Source: Lysobacteraceae bacterium
Lineage (GTDB): Bacteria; Pseudomonadota; Gammaproteobacteria; Xanthomonadales; BQJN01
Direction of reading: 5' to 3'
DNA length: 44,283 nucleotides
NCBI GenBank assembly: GCA_021604725.1
Contig: BQJN01000031.1
Span: forward strand, 1-44,283
Shown: in pieces, positions 40,712 through 44,283 of the stretch
How the letters are laid out: each line of letters opens with the position of its first letter
How positions within the stretch are numbered: the first letter of the stretch is position 1
Translations under genes and position numbers: made by a program
Notes under the pieces: generated by a model
The model's database searches: none
What the model was told of the DNA's origin: nothing
What the model saw: the letters and a program-made list of their open reading frames with translations, nothing else

Positions 40712-42052
40712 CTAGGTATTATCGGAAAGTGCTTTGTAGGCTTTGAGCGCGACCTGTCGACTGGCCTTGAGGTCGACCATGGGGTCCGGACGGCCAGATT
40801 GCAGCCAACGCCGGCGATAGCTGGCTTGTGGGTCGAACTTCTCCGCTTGCGTTGCCGGATTGAAGATACGGAAAAACGGTGCGGCATCGGCGCCGCAACC
40901 CGCCGCCCACTGCCAGCCTAGCGTGTTATTGGCAAGGTCCGCGTCAATCAGCGTGTCCCAGAACCATTGCGCGCCAAGGCGCCAATGGAAGCCGAGATTT
41001 TTGGTCAAAAAACTGGCGACAATCATGCGCACTCGATTGTGCATCCAGCCGGTGTGCCATAGTTCCTGCATTCCTGCATCCACCAGCTCAATGCCAGTCT
41101 CGCCCTTGGTCCATGCAATGAAGTCGGGGTGGTTGGCGTCGTCTTTCCACGGGTAGCGGTCAAACTTGTCGTTGTAGTTGTCGCTGGGCGTTTTTGGAAA
41201 ATGCCACAGCAGATGATGGGCAAACTCGCGCCAGATCAGTTCTGATTTGTAACGGGACAGTGATTTTGAACTGGGGTGCTGGCTGCATTCATGCCAGATC
41301 CGTCGCACGCTGATTTGGCCGAAATGCAGGTAGGGAGACAGCCTGGATGTGCCGTGTCGATCGGGCCGATCGCGGTCTGTATCGTAGTCGTTCAGTGCGC
41401 CGTCGCAGAATGCTTCCAACATGTCGTGCGCGGCCGTTTCACTCAAGGTCCAGTGCTGATCAATGCTTCGATACCATGGGACCCTTGGCATCAGATCAAG
41501 CTGTTCGAGGGTCAATGAGCTTACGCTGCTCAAGCCGTCCAATCGTTTCGGGGCGGGCAAGGGGTCAGCAGGTGCTGGCAATTTCTCTACCGTTTTTCGA
41601 AACGGCGTGTATACACGATACGGCGTGCCCTGGCCGGTTTCAATCGACCACGGCTCAAACAGCAGGCTGGCCTTGCAGGACTTGGCCTTGATCGACTGAT
41701 CCTTGAGCCAGGTCTTGATCACTTTGTCGCGCTCGACCAGGGCAGGATCGTACAAGCGGTTCCAAACCACGGCCGATACGTCGTGGGCCTTGATCAAAGA
41801 CTCTAGCGAAGCTCGCGTCGATCCCTGCTTTACTACCAGCGGTGCTCCGAGCCTGGCAAGATCAATCGAAAGGTGCTCAAGCCCTTGGTGCAGGGCCCAG
41901 CGACTGGCCGCGCCGGGTGCCCAGTCGCCATGTTCATCGGGCGCATGGATATAGATGGGAATGATGGGCTGGTCGCGTCTCACCGCCCAGTCCAGCGCCG
42001 GATTGTCATCCACACGCAGATCTCGACGGATCCAATATATTGTTGCACTCAC
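40712..42052 (-). CDS. phrB: Deoxyribodipyrimidine photolyase (CPD photolyase)
   Basis: 446 aa starting MSATIYWIRRDLRVDDNPAL (photolyase N-terminal alpha/beta domain). The C-terminal FAD-binding motifs are WREFA, GWMHNRVRMIVASFL, TLGWQWAAGCGADAAPFFRIFNP. Confidence 0.9.
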   Translation of the reverse strand: MSATIYWIRRDLRVDDNPALDWAVRRDQPIIPIYIHAPDEHGDWAPGAASRWALHQGLEHLSIDLARLGAPLVVKQGSTRASLESLIKAHDVSAVVWNRLYDPALVERDKVIKTWLKDQSIKAKSCKASLLFEPWSIETGQGTPYRVYTPFRKTVEKLPAPADPLPAPKRLDGLSSVSSLTLEQLDLMPRVPWYRSIDQHWTLSETAAHDMLEAFCDGALNDYDTDRDRPDRHGTSRLSPYLHFGQISVRRIWHECSQHPSSKSLSRYKSELIWREFAHHLLWHFPKTPSDNYNDKFDRYPWKDDANHPDFIAWTKGETGIELVDAGMQELWHTGWMHNRVRMIVASFLTKNLGFHWRLGAQWFWDTLIDADLANNTLGWQWAAGCGADAAPFFRIFNPATQAEKFDPQASYRRRWLQSGRPDPMVDLKASRQVALKAYKALSDNT

Positions 42053-42141
42053 GCTCTAATTCCCAGCCTCACCCATAACCGTGGTCGGCAGGCTAACGGC
42101 CGACACGTCAACAGGACGTGAACGGCCGCATGGCGTAGTGT

Positions 42142-43098
42142 TCAGCCCAGGCTTCCCAGCCAATCGTCGTCCGACCCTTCATTGACACCCTCAAACAGCG
42201 GCGTCGATAGATAGCGTTCGCCAGTATCCGGCAGCATCACCAGAAACACAGAGCCCTGTTCGGCCGACTCCGCAACCTTCAGCGCCGCAGCCAAGGTACC
42301 GCCAGCCGAGATGCCGGTAAAGATGCCTTCTTTCTGCGCCAGTGCTCGGGACGTGGCAATCGCTTCTTCGTCGGTGACGGGTACGAGTTGGTCGAAAATA
42401 TTCTGATTCAGGACTTCAGGCAGGAAATCTGGCGTCCAGCCTTGAATCTTGTGCGGTGCCCAGGGCTTGCCATCCAGCAATGAGGCGCCGGCAGGTTCGG
42501 TGGCAACGATCTGCACCTCAGGTCGTGCCGCCTTGATCACTTCACCTGCACCGGTCATGGTGCCGCCGGTGCCATAGCCGGTGACCCAATAGTGCAGTGC
42601 ACGATCTGCAAAATCACTCAGGATCTCTGGCCCGGTAGTGTTGCGATGAAATCGCGGGTTGGCCTTGTTTCTGAACTGATCGGCAAGAAACCAGCCGTGT
42701 TTGGCAGCCAGTTCTTCGGTCTTCTTGACCATGCCGGTGGCTCGATCAGCGGCAGGGGTCAGAATCACCTTTGCACCCAGCGCCCGCATCAGCTTGCGGC
42801 GCTCTATCGAAAAGGACTCTGCCATCACCGAGACGAAAGGATAGCCGCGAGCGGCGCAAACCATCGCCAGCGCGATGCCGGTGTTGCCTGAGGTTGCTTC
42901 AATGACAGTATCGCCGGGCTTCAGCACGCCCCGCTCTTCGGCGTCCAATATGATGGCGTAGGCGAGTCGGTCCTTGACCGACCCCATTGGGTTGAATGAC
43001 TCAATCTTGACGTAGATCTCGACGTGCTCAGGCCCGGTGCGGTGCAATTTCACCACCGGGGTTTTGCCAATCGTGTGCAAGATGTTGTTGTAGATCAT
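42142..43098 (-). CDS. cysK: Cysteine synthase A (O-acetylserine sulfhydrylase, PLP-dependent)
   Basis: MIYNNILHTIGKTPVVKL...ESFNPMGSVKDRLA (PLP-binding Lys) ...TSGNTGIALA...GTGGT. The track's 43281 start was trimmed to the ATG at complement(43096..43098), preceded by GAGCT/AGGAG-like SD. Confidence 0.85.
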   Translation of the reverse strand: MIYNNILHTIGKTPVVKLHRTGPEHVEIYVKIESFNPMGSVKDRLAYAIILDAEERGVLKPGDTVIEATSGNTGIALAMVCAARGYPFVSVMAESFSIERRKLMRALGAKVILTPAADRATGMVKKTEELAAKHGWFLADQFRNKANPRFHRNTTGPEILSDFADRALHYWVTGYGTGGTMTGAGEVIKAARPEVQIVATEPAGASLLDGKPWAPHKIQGWTPDFLPEVLNQNIFDQLVPVTDEEAIATSRALAQKEGIFTGISAGGTLAAALKVAESAEQGSVFLVMLPDTGERYLSTPLFEGVNEGSDDDWLGSLG

Positions 43099-43126
43099 TT
43101 CGCGTGAGCTCCTGTTGTACTTGGCT

Positions 43127-43915
43127 TTATCGACGGTTCGGCATGAACCAGCGTTTGATGTTCGGAATGAGCTGAGGTGTTGTTTGCTGATAAACATCAT
43201 ACGCCGGCCCCAACTCATCAGCCAGACTGCGTTCTTCGTGCTGGATGCCGACCAGGACATAGGCCGTGCAACCGATAGCAAAGGTGATGGTGCCCAGGGT
43301 CATGGTCGGTACGCACCACATGCCGATGAGCATACCCAGCATCAAGGGGTGGCGACACAGGCGATAGACCCAGTTCAGTACGAAGGGGGCCGGCTCATAG
43401 GCCCGCGCGGTGGCTCTTTTCCAGACCTGTCGCAATCCAAACAGATCGAAATGATCGATGGCAAAGGTGGCCGCGAACATCAGTGACCAACCCAGCACTG
43501 AACCTGAGAAGATGAGTGCGCGCAGCAACGGTGTTTCGACGTGCCACATGGTCAAGGGCAGTGGCTGCCATGCCATCAACGTCAGCCCCAATGTGATAGC
43601 TGCAACGAAAACATAGATGCTGCGCATCAGCCAGGCCGGCACCCAGTGTTGCAGCCAGCGCTTCACCTTTGGATCGGCCATGGCGCTGTGCAGATAGCCC
43701 CACAAACCGAGGAGAAACAGGTTCAGACTGATGGCGCCTGCGATGTTTTCAATCGAGACCAGGATGCCGGGATGCTGGGTAATGCCTAGACAGAGTGTGA
43801 TCATCCAGCCCAGCACGGCTGAGCCAAGCATATAGGCCAGGATGGCAAAAGGGACACCAGTGGCTTTGATCAGCCAGGTGCTCGAAGGGTTGGTGGTCAG
43901 TGTGTTTGTGTTCAT
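43127..43915 (-). CDS. Polytopic membrane protein of the ICMT/PEMT/NnrU methyltransferase-like family
   Basis: ~262 aa with 5-6 TM helices. The C-terminal RHPLMLGMLIGMW...GIQHEERSLADELGPAYDVYQQTTPQLIP resembles the ICMT/NnrU signature (RHP...HEE..L...FG..Y..Y). The track's 44017 start was trimmed to MNTNTL. Confidence 0.5.
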   Translation of the reverse strand: MNTNTLTTNPSSTWLIKATGVPFAILAYMLGSAVLGWMITLCLGITQHPGILVSIENIAGAISLNLFLLGLWGYLHSAMADPKVKRWLQHWVPAWLMRSIYVFVAAITLGLTLMAWQPLPLTMWHVETPLLRALIFSGSVLGWSLMFAATFAIDHFDLFGLRQVWKRATARAYEPAPFVLNWVYRLCRHPLMLGMLIGMWCVPTMTLGTITFAIGCTAYVLVGIQHEERSLADELGPAYDVYQQTTPQLIPNIKRWFMPNRR

Positions 43916-44037
43916 GATTTTCTCCGCAATGTTTCGTGTTGTCAGATAGAACGCGCAGCGCGAAAAAACCCGCCAAATGATGAGCTGTATGATTTTCAGT
44001 ACACTTCTGCTAATCAACGACGGTGGGCGGAGCGACC

Positions 44038-44283
44038 ATGGATTTCAGAACGGGTGGCGGTTTGCAGGGGTTTGATGTGGCGCGGGACTTGAGCACTGAG
44101 CTACCGCCGGGCACCGAGGTTGGCCCCTATGTCATCGACCAGACCATCGGGCAAGGCGGAATGGGTGTGGTCTACCGCGCGCACCGAAGCGATGGCAGTT
44201 TCGATCAAACCGTGGCTTTGAAGCTGGTACGTTCAGATGCCGATCTGGATGCGACCACCCAGCGATTCCTCAAAGAACGTCAA
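44038..44283 (+). CDS. Serine/threonine protein kinase, N-terminal fragment (continues beyond the window end)
   Basis: MDFRTGGGLQGFDVARDLSTELPPGTEVGPYVIDQTIGQGGMGVVYRAHRSDGSFDQTVALKLV has the Gly-rich loop GQGGMGVVYRA and the VALK lysine of Hanks-type kinases. No stop lies inside the window. Confidence 0.65.
   Translation, partial: MDFRTGGGLQGFDVARDLSTELPPGTEVGPYVIDQTIGQGGMGVVYRAHRSDGSFDQTVALKLVRSDADLDATTQRFLKERQ

Noticed and set aside
1-44283. CRISPR arrays, IS elements/transposases, integrases, rRNA
   Set aside because: No regularly spaced direct repeats, no DDE or serine/tyrosine recombinase-like ORFs and no rRNA-like conserved stretches were seen. The only repeats are intragenic (PPC, FN3-like, YD, FG-GAP).

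Overview
This is a 44.3 kb high-GC (roughly 55-60% by eye) gamma-proteobacterial chromosomal segment, densely coding. A housekeeping backbone has Pseudomonas-like synteny (aroQ-accB-accC-prmA-DUF3426-[dusB absent]-fis, plus def, xthA, plant-type gshA, pepN, cysK, phrB). A neighbourhood unusually rich in secreted hydrolases is built around it. It holds two paralogous lysyl-endopeptidase (Achromobacter protease I)-like S1 proteases with different C-terminal binding modules, aminopeptidase N, an ~800-aa metzincin, an S51 peptidase and a PLD-family lipoprotein. It also holds two alpha/beta hydrolases and a sulfatase.

The standout feature is a 7.9 kb gene (28671-36572) encoding a 2633-aa Sec-signal-bearing protein. 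Its architecture is signal peptide, three Cys-loop FN3-like repeats, an SpvB domain, an FG-GAP beta-propeller, an RHS/YD shell and an Rhs core ending in a DPTG autoproteolysis motif, followed by a ~345-aa glycine-zipper-rich C-terminal toxin module. This is a fused TcB/TcC-like (teneurin-like) polymorphic toxin. A 92-aa three-TM ORF overlaps its stop codon (ATGA) and is a candidate immunity gene. No TcA-like or T6SS/T7SS partner is present in the window.

Other notable items are a bacterial voltage-gated Na+ channel (TLESWSM filter), two SPFH proteins and a PadR/DUF1700 pair. There is also an aberrant tRNA-like element next to an HNH endonuclease and an XRE regulator, which may be an integration scar. 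No CRISPR array, IS element or rRNA was seen. Coordinates from the ORF track were trimmed to more plausible starts where the N-terminal extension lacked support. Terminator and motif coordinates were indexed by hand.
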